In this document: positions 1-17,272 of the stretch, piece after piece
Layout: every line of letters starts with the position of its first letter
Position numbering within the stretch: the first letter of the stretch is position 1
Assembly: GCF_964188315.1 (NCBI RefSeq)
Contig: NC_135669.1
Coordinates: forward strand, 18,414,001 to 18,478,000
Reading direction: 5' to 3'
Origin: Podarcis muralis
Taxonomy: Eukaryota
DNA length: 64,000 bases
Position numbers and translations under genes: made by a program
The notes under the pieces: generated by a model
What the model was told of the DNA's origin: nothing
Seen by the model: only the letters and a program-made list of their open reading frames with translations
Databases searched by the model: none

Positions 1-109
1 AGATACTCCAAGTGTAATATCTCCACCCACGGCTCTGTCTCAGGTGCTTCCCTCCCCACACCAGCAAAGAGTTAATCCCTTCCAGGGAGGCATCCGGAGA
101 TAAGTCCAA

Positions 110-1830
110 TGGTGAGCCAACTGGAGTGTGAGTGCCTGGAGGCAGTTGGAGGATGGATAGCGGCTAATAGATTGAGGTTGAATCCTGACAAGACAGAAGT
201 ACTGTTCTTGGGGGACAGGGGGCGGGCTGGTGTGGAGGACTCCCTGATCCTGAATGGGGTAACTGTGCCCCTGAAGGGCCAGGTGCGCAGCCGGGGAGTC
301 ATTTTGGACTAACAGCTGTCCATGGAGGCACAGGTCAATTCTGTATCCAGGGCAGCTGTCTACCAGCTCCACCTGGTACACAGGCTGAGACCCTACCTGC
401 CCGTGGACTGTCTTGCCAGAGTGGTGCATGCTCTAGTTGTCTCCTGCTTGGACTACTGCAATGTGCTCTACATGGGGCTACCTTTGAAGGTGACCCGGAA
501 ACTACAACTAATCCAGAATGCCGCAGCTAGACTGGTGACTGGGGGCGGCCGCCGAGACCACATAACACTGGTCTTGAAAGACCTACCCGTATTTTTCGCT
601 CTATAACACGCACCCGACCATAACATGCACATAGTTTTTAGAGGAGGAAAACAAGGAAAAAAATATTCTAAACGAAACAGTGGATGTATGTTTTTTGTGG
701 TTTATGCTGTGGCCACAGACATGTGATCTGATGGTGAGTTTGGGGTAGCCCAATACAAAAATCCTGAGGATCCATGTGGATCCATGCTTTGTAACCACAT
801 TTTTGCACTACTGTGGCCCCAGGCAGCAGTGGGTGCGTGTTTTTTTGGTGCAAGCTGTAGCCATGGACATGCTATGTGATCTGATGGTGAATTTGGGGTG
901 ACCCAGGACAAAAATCCTGAGGATCCATGTGGATCTATGCTTTGTAACCACATTTTAAGTGGGGAGGGAAGGAGAAGCACTCAAGGGACAAGGAGCACGC
1001 GTGGGGTGTGTGGAGAAGGATGCTGCTAATAATGCAGAAGAGGGGTATAAGGGGAGAAGGCTCCTCTCCTCTCCCTCTTTGCTCCTTCTCTCCCACCTTC
1101 CCGGCTTAGTGATTTGAAAAACTTTGCTGCTATTTAGCGAGCTGAGTGGGGAGGAGAGAGGGACAGAGAGCTTGCTTGCTTTAAAGGAGCCAACCGGACA
1201 GGAGCCGTTTACACTCATTTAAGCGGCTCCTCTCCTCTCCCGCTTTGCTCCTTTAAAGCAAGGAGGCTCTCTGTCCCTCTCTCCTCCCCACTCAGCGGCT
1301 CCTCTCCCGTTTTGCTGTTTCAAAGCGAGCCACGGAGGAGGGAAGGAAGGGGAACCATGGATCCTCTGCTCACGACTGCAGCAGATCCCCCCGCCATCTG
1401 TAGGCATTCGCTCCATACCACTTTCTAGGAGGAAAAAAGTGAGTGTTATGGAGCAAAAAATACGGTATATTGGCTCCCAGTAAGTTTCTGGGCACAATTC
1501 AAAGTGTTGGTGTTGACCTTTAAAGCCCTAAACAGCCTCGGCCCAGTATACCTGAAGGAGCGTCTCCACTCCCATCGTTCAGCCTGGACACTGAGGTCCA
1601 GCTCCGAGGGCCTTCTGGTGGTTCCCTTACTGCGAGATGTGAAGTTACAGGGAACCAGGCAGAGGGCCTTCTCGGTAGTGGTGCCTGCCCTGTGGAACGC
1701 CCTCCCATCAGATGTCAACAAGATAAACAACTACCTGACATTCAGAAGACATCTGAAGGCAGCCCTGTTCAGGGAAGTTTTTAATGTGTGACATTTTAGT
1801 GTGTATTTTTGGTCTTTGTTAGTAGCCTAG
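110..1830 (+). mobile_element. L2-clade LINE 3' fragment (ORF2 C-terminus), split by a MITE at 587-1465
   Basis: Translates as WIAANRLRLNPDKTE...HALVVSCLDYCN...LQLIQNAAARL...HIT.VLKDL and resumes at 1468 as YWLPVSFWAQFKVLVLTFKAL. Contains stops. Confidence 0.88.
587..1465. mobile_element. Non-autonomous Tc1/mariner-type DNA transposon (CCGTATTTTT TIR family), 879 bp
   Basis: TIRs CCGTATTTTTCGCTCTATAACACGCAC / GTGAGTGTTATGGAGCAAAAAATACGG. TA at 584-585 (one extra C before the TIR) and 1466-1467. Interrupts the L2 reading frame. Confidence 0.85.
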
Positions 1831-2381
1831 TAGTTCAGAATTACAGAAAACAAACTCTATACGTTTGCCAAAAGGAAAGAAGTGATTATATAGTGTTCCT
1901 TACATGCCAGAATGAACCAATGCCATGTATTGTTTTTAATATTCAATTGGGAGCTGCTGAGGAAACTCAGCTAGATGGGCAGGGTATTATTATTATTAAT
2001 AATAATAATACTATTAATATTAATATTAATAATAATAAATATTCCAGATAGTAATTCTGCAAGTACTGCAGTAGCTCATTATTATGCATATTGCTGCAGG
2101 ATATCAAACTTATGCCTACTGCCAAGAAATTCACATTAGAATCTGCAAAGCTGTGAACATAATGAAGAAGATCCACTCCCAAGCAGCGTGGGATACTCAG
2201 CTACTGCTTGAGGGTTTCCCCCAGGGATGGGGGGGGGCACAGTGAGAACAGGAAGCTGGACTAGATGGGCCATTGGCCTGATCCTGCAGGGCTCTTCTTA
2301 AGTTCTTAAGCTGTAGTTTGGATGACTGTGTCATGAGAGGTAGGCCTATGTGGTGATCAGGTAGCGGAATTCCCAAGGTTA

Positions 2382-2426
<45 letters not shown>

Positions 2427-2602
2427 CTCCGTATGCCTATTTTCCAGGGACAGTCCTGGATTTACAGAAGCCGCCCTAGTTTCTGATTTGATACTGGAAA
2501 GTACAGCAGTATCTTGGTTTTTGAACATAATCCATTCTGTTCCTTTTCCATTTCTGTTTTGCCCCACTTGAAATAGTCCAGTGATTTCTCAGAGGCTTTG
2601 CA

Positions 2603-2958
2603 CCGTATTTTTCCCTCTATAACACGCAGATTTTTTCTCCTAAAAAGCAAGGGGAAATGTCTGTGCGTGTTATGGAGCGAATGTGTGGGCCCTGGAGCCA
2701 AAAAATCAGACAAAAATCAAATCGCGAGTTACGGAGAAGGGAAACCTGAAAAGAGGAAGTGGCTGCTTTCCTGCATTCTGCCTCAGGGTCTTACTGCCCA
2801 CCCTCCTCTGTTTCGTTGCTGTGTTTGCTGAAACGGAACAAAGAGCAGGGAAAGCCCCTCCCCTCCAGGCAAGCAGAGGGGAAAGCAGAGTCGTTCCTTC
2901 TAATTCCTCTCTGTGCTCCGGTGCTGCGTCTAGGGACTAGCAGGCAACATGCAGCTGG

Positions 2959-3000
<42 letters not shown>

Positions 3001-3670
3001 GTTGGCTGGTTTGGGTGGGGGGAAACTTTTGCCTTTCTTTCCTCCCTCCCGTTAAATCCCTCTCCTGCATTCTTAGCCAGCTGCTTCTCTGCACACCCCT
3101 CTCATGCTCCTTTCCCCTTCTTTGTTTTTCCTTCCCTCCCCACTTAAAATGTGGTTACAAAGCATAGATCCACATGGATCCTCAGGATCTTTGCATTGGG
3201 TCACCCCAAATTCACCATCAGATCACATAGCATGTCCATGGCTACAGCCTGCCCCCCAAAAATCACACACCCACTGTTGCCTGGGGCTGCAATGGTGCAA
3301 AAACGTGGTTACAAAGCATAGATCCACATGGATCCTCAGGATCTTTGCATTGGGTCACCCCAAATTCACCATCAGATCACATAGCATGTCCATGGCTAGA
3401 GCCTGCCCCCCAAAAATCACGCACCCACTGTTGCCTGGGGCTGCAATGGTGCAAAAACGTGGTTAAAAAGCATGGATCCACATGGATCCTCAGGATCTTT
3501 GCATTGGGTCACCCCAAATTCACCACCAGATCACATGTCTGTGGCCACAGCATGAAGCACAAAAATGATACATCCACTGTTTTATTCAGAATGTTTTTTC
3601 CCTTGTTTTCCTCCTCTAAAAACGATGTGTGTGTTATGGTCAGGTGCGTGTTATAGAGAGAAAAATACGG
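2603..3670. mobile_element. Non-autonomous Tc1/mariner-type element, same TIR family, 1068 bp, opposite orientation
   Basis: CCGTATTTTTCCCTCTATAACACGC ... GCGTGTTATAGAGAGAAAAATACGG followed by TA. Holds 2.5 copies of a 154-bp internal unit (starts 3152, 3306, 3460). Confidence 0.85.
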
Positions 3671-3677
3671 TACTTCA

Positions 3678-5929
<2,252 letters not shown>

Positions 5930-6166
5930 CCTTCCTCCAAGTCTGCAATGCATACAAATGACATTTGTTCCTTTCCATTCTCATTGATCCAACCTCCCAC
6001 TCCACCCCAAAACATATCCCTGCCTATTCCTGGAATGAAATCTCTGTCCAGTTGTGGACTTCATCTGGGGAACATTTGGAATTATTAACAAGATACCTCC
6101 TGCAAGGGCCAAATTAAATGTGATGTTGAAACAGCGGACTTTTGTGCGTGCAGAAGGCCGTGGGTT

Positions 6167-6324
6167 CAGTGGCGTAGCGTGGGGGGTGCAGGGGGGGCCG
6201 GCCGCACCGGGCGCAACATCTGGGGTTAGTGCAAATCCACAGGTTAGGGGGCGCAAATCCACGGGTTAGGGGGCGCAAATTACTTGCCTTGCCCCGGGTG
6301 CTGACAACCCACGCTACGCCACTG
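6167..6324. mobile_element. hAT MITE with internal TTAGGG-containing repeats
   Basis: TIR CAGTGGCGTAGCGTGG / CCACGCTACGCCACTG. 8-bp TSD CGTGGGTT/CGTTGGTT. Inserted into a SINE B-box-like GGTTCGATCCC. Confidence 0.88.
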
Positions 6325-7413
6325 CGTTGGTTCGATCCCCAATGGCAACTGCAGGTAGGACTGGAAACTCTCTGAATCCCAGAGGGAGCAGCTGCCAGTC
6401 AGTCAGCAGAGACAAAACCGAGCCAATTGCCTTAGCAACCTTCCCCGGGGCTCCATGCTGATGAGGGTGAGCCCATGGAGGGGGCTAAGGGAGGTGGAAG
6501 AGGAAGAGCAGCAGGTTTCCTGTGGAGCCATGTGCCCTTTCTCCTCCAAGGCCCTGCCATTCCTCTGAGCCTTCAAAGGGTCCTGGTGTAGCTTCTCCCA
6601 GCCAGGCCCTTCCATCAGGAGGGAAGGGGAAGTCAGCCAGTGTCCTGCCCACCTGGAATTGAGCCAAGACTCTCATTGAGGTTCTCCTGTTGACTTTTAT
6701 TGAGAGAATGCTTTCGTACATTAGCACAAGGCCTTCAGGCAACACCCTATTCTTTGCTGCAGCCATATTCATGCTTTGAAATTCACAGCACCATAGTTTT
6801 TTTTTTCAAGTTTTATTGTTTGGAATATTTTAAAAATGTTATATTTTTGTAAACCATGCGGAGATTTCTCTGGAATTAAAATACAGGAAATAAAAGGAAA
6901 TAAAAATACTAACCCTAGAGATACATGACACCACCTAGAAGCCTCTTCATATGTAGCTGTTGTGAGGAAGGGTGCATCTCCAGTCTCCAGTCGGAGATCT
7001 GGGAACCCTAAACATGTATCTATGCCCTTTCGACATCTTCGTTTCCCGCTCCAGCTTCCAAGAGCTTTGGTGTGCTTTTGAATGCCAGCTTTGTTCAATT
7101 TCAAATTGTCTGGCACACCAGCATGCCTGAATCCACAGTTCAAATCACAGAGGAATTTCAGAACAGAAGTTCAAGACCCAGTCCAAAGGCTAAAGTTAAA
7201 TGTTCGATTGTGCAAGAGCTTCCCTTCACTTTTTGACTATGAGACCTTACGAGAGGCTCCTTCTGGGCAGAGATTTCACAAAGCTTCCATGAACCATGCC
7301 AGGACTTTTAAAGGGGAAAACACAGAACTGCCCAGTGGTATGTGATTATAATTTGCACACAAAGCACTACAGCACACCCGTGTGTGTACATACATGCTTA
7401 GACGAGTCACATT

Positions 7414-7763
7414 GTGTGGCAATGTGGGTTAAACCACAGAGCCTAGGACTTGCGGATCAGAAGGTCGGCGGTTCAAATCCCTATGACGGGGTGAGCTCCC
7501 TTTGCTCGGTCCCTGCTCCTGCCAACCTAGCAGTTTGAAAGCACGCCAAAGTGCAAGTAGATAAATAGGTACCACTCCGGCGGGAAGGTAAACGGCGTTT
7601 CTGTGCGCTGCTCTGGTTTGCCAGAAGCGGCTTAGTCATGCTGGCCACATGACCCGGAAGCTGGACGCCGGCTCCCTCGGCCAATAAAGCGAGATGAGCG
7701 CCGCAACCCCAGAGTCGGCCAGGACTGGACCTAATGGTCAGGGGTCCCTTTACCTTTACCTTA
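7414..7763 (+). mobile_element. Sauria SINE
   Basis: tRNA-like head with GGTTCAAATCC box, conserved core, (ACCTTT)n tail. Confidence 0.9.
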
Positions 7764-8435
7764 CAGAGTGGAAGAAAACATTCAGAACTGGTAATTTGAC
7801 AGCACTAATGCAAGGGAGTGGTTTTGAGACACCCTCCTTTTTACTGGAGCTTGCATTTCTTTTGAGGAATATACCCCATTGGTGCCAATGAGAGATATCC
7901 CTCTTGTGCAAAATGGATGGGATTTTCCTGAGGGTCATAGTACAGGAGGAATGGGTCAATCCCCCCCCCCATGCCTGCCATAATCCCAATAAATATCACG
8001 TCTCCCAACTGGTGCTATTTGCATTTTTTGTAAAGACTTGCATAATAAATACAAAGACTGGTGTTTCATCATCACATTTAATTTGGCCCTTGCAGGAGGT
8101 TCCCTGAGTCCACCTTCACAACTGATGGAACAGCAAGTGTGTATACCAGCAAACTGAACGTCAGCCTCCATGTTCAACAGAGATAAAATGTTAGTTCCCA
8201 GGTGGAAATGGACTCTGTCTCCCTGCTTTTCTCTGTTCCTCCCTAGTTCTTGGTTGTGTAACTGTCTGAGAAAACTTGGCAAATGTAGAGGCCCAAGACT
8301 TTTCTATTATACAAAACACTTCCTTACCCCTATATCCTATTTTTAAAAAAGAGGAGGCAAGAAGAATGGAACTGCCATATTCTGACAGAGGAGGCACCTC
8401 CCCAACCCCTTGTGTTGCTTCTGTACCTTTAAGAG

Positions 8436-8689
8436 CATGTGTAGGCAACCTAAGGCCCAGGGGCCGGATCTGGCCCAATCGCCTTCTCAATCCGGCCCAC
8501 AGACAGTCTGGGAATCAGCGTGTTTTTACATGAATAGAATGTGTCCTTTTATTTAAAATGCATCTCTGGGTTATTTGGGGGGCATAGGAATTCGTTCTTT
8601 CTTCTTCTTCTTCAAAATATAGTCCAGCCCCCCACGAGGTCTGAGGGACAGTGGACCGGCCCCCTGCTGAAAAAGTTTGCTGACCCCTG
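8436..8689. mobile_element. hAT (Charlie-like) non-autonomous element
   Basis: Perfect 8-bp TSD TTTAAGAG, ends in GACCCCTG. Related copy at 36495-37000. Confidence 0.85.
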
Positions 8690-9445
8690 TTTAAGAGCAT
8701 TCCCCTAAACAGAAACGAAATAGCTAAGCTTATTCAGCAGCTGGAATATCACTAGAGGCAGTTCCTTTTTCATTGACATCTTTGGGCTGGGCTGCTGTTA
8801 AAGAGAGGGGAGTAGAGGCAGCTGAAAAGTTGGCAACTACATTATGTGGATATTTAAGAGGCACCCAGTTCCTTAAGCATTAGCTATTCAGATAATATTT
8901 GACAAACCAAACCTACCCATCCTGCAAACGGCTTATCCCTGCAGTATTTCCTAGTTGATACTATCTATTTTATGGGTGAACTGATAGATTCAACTGATGA
9001 AGGCCAGAATAATTGATGAATTAATGAATTGCTGAACTGATAATAATATACTGATTGATGATCTAGGCTGATGAATTGATTAATTTAATATTTGAATACA
9101 AATGATCTGTTTTTATAGGGGATAAATTAATAAGAGTTAAGTTGTAAGAAAGTGAGGTTTCTCCTTCAGAAGTAAACAACTTTTGCAAATTTCCGAGATT
9201 TCCTAAGCATTATCTATTGAGATAATATTGGACAAACCAAACCTACCCATCCTTCAAGAGGTTTACCCCATCAGTAGCAGCACTAGTTAATAATTCCAAA
9301 TGTTCCCCAGATGACATCCACAACTGGACAGAGATTTCATTCCAGGAATAGGCAGAGATATGTTTTGGGGTGGGGTGGGAGGTTGGATCAATGAGAATGG
9401 AAAGGAACAAAGGTCATTTGTATGCATTGCAGACTTGGAGGAAGG

Positions 9446-11710
<2,265 letters not shown>

Positions 11711-11894
11711 GTGCTTGTGGGGAAATGACAGGAGGCCAAAGGAAAGCAATAATCTTACAATGTCCATACATAGTCACACATGCAGGTCAGTGTGAGGACA
11801 GCTATACATCTCTATCTCTATCTTTCCAAGATCAAATCAGAAACTAAGATGACTTCTGTAAATCTGGGACTGTCCCTGGAAAATAGGGATATGG

Positions 11895-11952
<58 letters not shown>

Positions 11953-13116
11953 CCACACCCCCACACAAACAAATAACCTTGGGAATTCCACTACCTGATC
12001 ACCACATAGGCCTGCCTCTCATGACACAGTCATCCAAACTACAGCTTAAGAACTTAAGAAGAACCCTGCAGGATCAGGCCAATGGCCTACTACTCCAGCA
12101 TCCTGTTCTCACCTTGCCCCCCCCCCCCCCCCGATCCCTGGGGGAAACCCTCAAGCAGCAGCTGAGTATCCTACGCTGGTTGGAACTGGATCTTCCTTGT
12201 TATGTTCACAGCTTTGCAAATTCTAATGTGAAATTCTTGGCAGTAGGCATTAGTTAGATATCCTGCAGCAATACACATAATAATGAGTCAGTGCATTACC
12301 TGCAGAATTACAATCTGGAATATACATGGCATTGGTTCATTCCGGCATATAACACTATATAATCACTTCTTTCCTTTTGGCTAATGTATACAGTGCGTTT
12401 TCTGTAATTCTGAACTTTGTCTATCATATGCAATACGACCAAATATATGAATAAAAAAATCAGAAACCAGACAAGAGAGCATTTTCAGATGATGGCAATG
12501 TTTACCATTTAGGCAAGCTGTTAGCATTTTTTAAAACAAAAAAATAGTTTAAAGACCATGAGAATTCAGTTGTCAAGCATTGCTGACAACAAGGACATGA
12601 TTAGTCAGATGATGAGGGTAAGGATGAACCCATCTTTCCCCCTCAGCTCCCAGGGCAGGTTACAACAATTAAAGCACAATATTAAAAACAACTTACAGAA
12701 ATGAGGTGGGTCATAAAAATATCTCAGGTGTTAAAAGCCAGAGTTTTTAGGGAAAACAGAGAGGCATAAGCCACAAAGCCACTATGTTCCTAGTACTCCA
12801 GGAGGGAAATATGACCAAAATTGCTCAAATCTGCTTTTCACACCATTGCCATATTAGAACACCATCCCTGAAATCAATAGAGGTGAATGAGAATAATGCC
12901 AGATGTATTACATGCAACAAGCAAAAGGTAACAGCTGAAAATTGCCTGTTGAGTAAACTGCAACAGAACTTTTGCAGGGAGTCACTGCTGATGTGTATAA
13001 AAACCACCAGGTCTAGTTTACGACAGCTTCTGCCATTGCAGAGAAGCTTTGCCTTATTTTGACATTGCTAGAAATATTATTTCCAGGCCACTCCTGACAT
13101 CACCTTATTTGACCCA

Positions 13117-13171
<55 letters not shown>

Positions 13172-14170
13172 CGCCAGCCAGCGAGAGAGAGCTAAGAGTT
13201 CAATCTGGGACAATATAAAACTGCCTTCCATTCAATATCAATTAACACCTCATTTATTCCAGTGGTTTCTGAAAGAAGAAGAAGAAAAATTCTCCAATGC
13301 ACATTTAGAGAGGGAGAAATTGTCTAGCAAGTTCTCATCTAAATTGTAGAAAGGTTGACTGACCACATAGCCAATCATGAATAGGGTTGCTTTGGAGAAT
13401 TTCCTATTCGCTTCAAACAAGGAGTATCTGATTTTAATACTAGGTTTTTACACTGTTGTAACCTGCATTGGGACTTTGTGGTGAAGGATAGGCAGGGCAA
13501 CTAATCATTATTATTTATTCATCATCATTATTATTAGTAGGCTGTCTCTCCCATTCACAAGCACAGAGGTGAATTTTAGGACTCCTTCATTCATCTCACT
13601 GCTTCCTCCTGGGAAAACTCACTGTTTACGGTACCTCTAGTTGATTTTTCTGTTTTTGTTCAGGTTTCCCTGGGGAAAGCAGCGGGGCAAATGAAAAATC
13701 AGGAAAGCACAGGGCAAGTGGCAAACCTCTTGGACCTCAGCTTTCTGGGCACGAGACAAGCAGAAGTGTGGCTGAGCCTGTAATGTTGCACAAACACTGC
13801 AGCAATAGAGGAATTCAGCGCAATAGCTGCGCTTATAGGAATTCGTTGCGAAAGAGATTGCACTTTATTCTGCAACGAATTTACCAGCAACCTGCTTTTG
13901 CATTCTCTTCCGCAACAATATTCTGTTGCATGCTCAGGCTCTGCACTCCCTCTGCCCCCCCCCCCTCTTTGATGGCAAGGTAAATAAAGGACACAGCACG
14001 GCTTGAGTGGGGTCAGGTTTATTGACAACAAATGTAAGAGGTTTGGCACAGGCAATTGGGCAACCATTTACTTCTGGCCCGCCTGCCGGAAGTGACACCA
14101 AGGCTCAACCCAGCAGCGGGGGTTCCTATGACTTACATCAAATAGGGGGGACCCCTCCGGGGGTCAGTGC

Positions 14171-14487
14171 CAGTGCTGGATTTATGTATAAGCTAAACAA
14201 TCTATAATAGCTTAGGGCCCCACTCTCTTGGGGGCCTCCAAAAAATTTAAAGGAAAAGAAACTGGATGTGCATTTCCAAAATATGAGATATAAAATAAAA
14301 CCTACATACAGCAACAGTGTTGTGTGTTGTGTAGGCTCCTATTAGGTTCATAAATTGCCATATTTATAGCATATTTTCAACACAAAAAAACAGTGACAGT
14401 TTGTTGTTGACAAAGGACAGTTGGACATACAAAGGGCCCCATTACCTTCAGTAGCTTAGGACCTCATCAAATCTAAATCCGGCCCTG
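14171..14487. mobile_element. hAT-like non-autonomous element
   Basis: TIR CAGTGCTGGATTTA / TAAATCCGGCCCTG. A partial inverted relative starts at about 43263. Confidence 0.7.
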
Positions 14488-16702
14488 GTCACACTGCCTT
14501 GAGGAGTGCTGAGGTCCAAGCTCCTACCAGGGCATACAGACCCAGAAGCAACTACTCCCGGACCCCATTAACAAGATACCCTAGATTTTGAGAGGCGCAG
14601 GCAGAGATTACAATCTTCTCACTCCCCAGCCAAGACTAAGGCTTACCCAATGCCTAAACCACTGAATTGGTGACATTTCCTTCTTAGAATGACTTTATTA
14701 TTTCAAAAAGTGAAAATCTAAACACAAGAGTTGTTGGGCTTTTTGGGAGGGGCAAAGCTTTTTTTTTCAGTTTGCTTTTTAGTTGAGCTTTTTTAAAAAA
14801 CAAAACAAAACAAAACAAACATTTTTGAGCTATTTTTAATAAAATTGGCCAAAATCTACACTTCCGACATGGGTTGCCATACGTCCAGATTTTCCTGGAC
14901 ATTTCAGCGATTTCCGCCCGTACCCTGTTTCCAACTGCCGTATTCTGCCTACGTCCAGGAAATTCTGTATGGATGGCAACCCTAAAATAGAGGACAATTT
15001 CCCCCTTCAAAGGAGGGTACATGACCACTCCAGCAGAAGTGCATCTTCTTACCACCTCCTGCCCCACCTCCAGGGACAGTGGGCAGGGGAAACAAAAAAA
15101 CTGTGGCAGAGCCAGTGCCTACAGACAAAGGCAGAACCCCTTTAGGACCAGCGGACTACGCAGGCTTTCTGTTGGCTCCACACTGTTGCTGGAGCAATGA
15201 TTTGTGCATTTAATTTGCCACTCTTTTAAACCAAGTTGTCATTAAGGATTTATGGAAGGATGACTGTACTTTTAGGCCACATCCTGTGCATGGATTTAGA
15301 GTTATAATCTAGCCTGAAAAGCTTGAAATCAGGAAGAAAAAACAGTGGATTCAAATGCGATTGGACCCGATTTCTTATTACTATGAGCCAGGCCCATGCA
15401 GAGCTTGTCTGAGGCCCAGGTGGGAGTCCTGTTCTTGGCGCGACAGCTGAAGTCCAGCAGGCCCCTAGTGGGACCCCCTGGCCAGCTGAGCCCTCCAAAG
15501 CCTGGGGCAACTGCATACCCTCCAAGTGTCCTGATTTTCCAGGGACAGTTCCAGAATTACGAAAGCCATCCCGGTTTCTGATTTGATTCCGGAATGTCCC
15601 CATTTCTTCCACCAGCACTGCCACCACTGAGCTCAGAAGAGAAGCCAGCCCTTGTCCCAAGCAACGACAATGGGGTTGGTGGCTGCTGTGAAGGAGCACC
15701 CTGTTGCCTCTCCGTAGTAGCCGCTCCCATTCTCCTCCCTTGGGCAGCTCATAGCTGCTGCTGAAGAACAGGCAAGGAGGAAGAGAGGGTGCCACTGCCA
15801 AGGCCCAGCCCTGTGTAACATGCTGGCTCTGAGGTGCAGGCAGAGGGCAGGACCACCCTGAGCAGAAAGAAAGGGGAAGCACATGGAGCCTTGGTTTTTA
15901 TTTTATTTTTAATGAGCCCAATAAAAGACATTGCATTCAACATTGGGAATAAGAAATAAATCACTAACCGGTAAGAGAATGTTGCAATGATGATCCTAGG
16001 ACCTAAAAATCTCTGTTCTCCTTTGTTTGTGATAATGGAACAAATAAAGGATTTGGCTCCAATCAATCCAGAGATTTGCTAACAATTTGCAGAAAGCAAA
16101 TTGCCCCACTCTAAGATTTGATTTACACTCTCCACTGTGTAATGTCTGTTAAGCATCAGTGGGTCCTCATGAGGACTTTGGACTTGTGTTTCTTTTCATT
16201 CACAGAATCTTAGGACTATAGAGTTGGAAAGGATTGTGAGGGTCATCGGGTCCAACCCCCTACAATGCAAGAAACTTTCACACAAATTGTTGCTGTATCA
16301 TGATAGCGTAGCAACAGCAGTTCATTCTCTGGTACATAATGCAATGACCAGTTCACTAAGTGCTACAGCATGATGTGATCATATTACATCGGGGTAGTTT
16401 TGTTTGTTTGTTTTTGAGTAGGAACTCAGGGGAACAGAGTTTTTCTCTTTTTTTGAATTTCTTTTTGTCGTTGTTGCTGGGGGCGGGGCTGGAATTTTTC
16501 ATGAGGATTGGATGAAGTTTACAAGCAAGTTTAGGTGATACAAGCAAGGCTCTTCTGGGATTCTTATGGAAACCCAATGGGACAAAATCATGCACATGCA
16601 ACATTTGAAAAAGGGTCTCGTGCATTAAACAAACATACTTGCTGATCCAAAATATGCTGCTCTGTTTAATTAAAGTTTGCACATTAGCTGTGCTTTAGTG
16701 TA

Positions 16703-17272
16703 TTAACAAATATGAGTTAGAAACATAACAATTTGATTCCAGACTACGTCTTCTGGTGGGTGACCTTGGTGAGCTTTGTAGGCAATTGCCATGTCCCAGG
16801 CATCAATGAAACCAACATTAAGATGCCGAAAAATATCCTTTGTTGCAAGGTATTGGGCATAGCCATGGAAGTTGCTATATAGCTCCTGGTCATCGTCCAT
16901 TTCCCGGGTAGTCTCTGCTTTGACGATGACCTTTGTATCTGGGCTCCTCAGGAGAAGGTGCTGGATGGCTCCCCGGACGTTGATCATCCTTCGAACGAAG
17001 AGCTCAATGGGGAAGGGGCGGAAGTGCTGGCCCAGGGAGATGACAACCACCGTGTCTCTGTTGCCTTCCACCATGTCAATCACTCGAGCAATGTAAGTGT
17101 GAGATTTCATTGAGTGCATAAAGAAAGATAAAAAGGGATGCCCATGCCTTCTCCAATGGATTGTAATGTTTTTGGTCATGTCCACAACGACAGAACTCTG
17201 GATTATGCTTTGTCCTTGGGTATCAAAGTACGAAAGCGCTAATATGGGAACAGATGCAAAATAAACACAAGT

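Noticed and set aside
3152-3540. 154-bp tandem units as a CRISPR-like array
   Set aside because: The units are contiguous near-identical repeats with no unique spacers, inside a eukaryotic MITE.
7414-7500. tRNA-like heads as tRNA genes
   Set aside because: They are Sauria SINE 5' regions followed by the SINE core and tail; no full cloverleaf is present.
13768-13983. ORF containing CCMLRLC as the terminal exon for the 12881 LU-like segment
   Set aside because: It lies in a palindromic repeat-like element, lacks the CN signature and has no suitable acceptor.
15250-15882. 210-aa - strand ORF
   Set aside because: It runs across a dispersed repeat (TTTCCAGGGACAGT family also at about 2440, 11870 and 35070), has no recognisable domain and no splice support.
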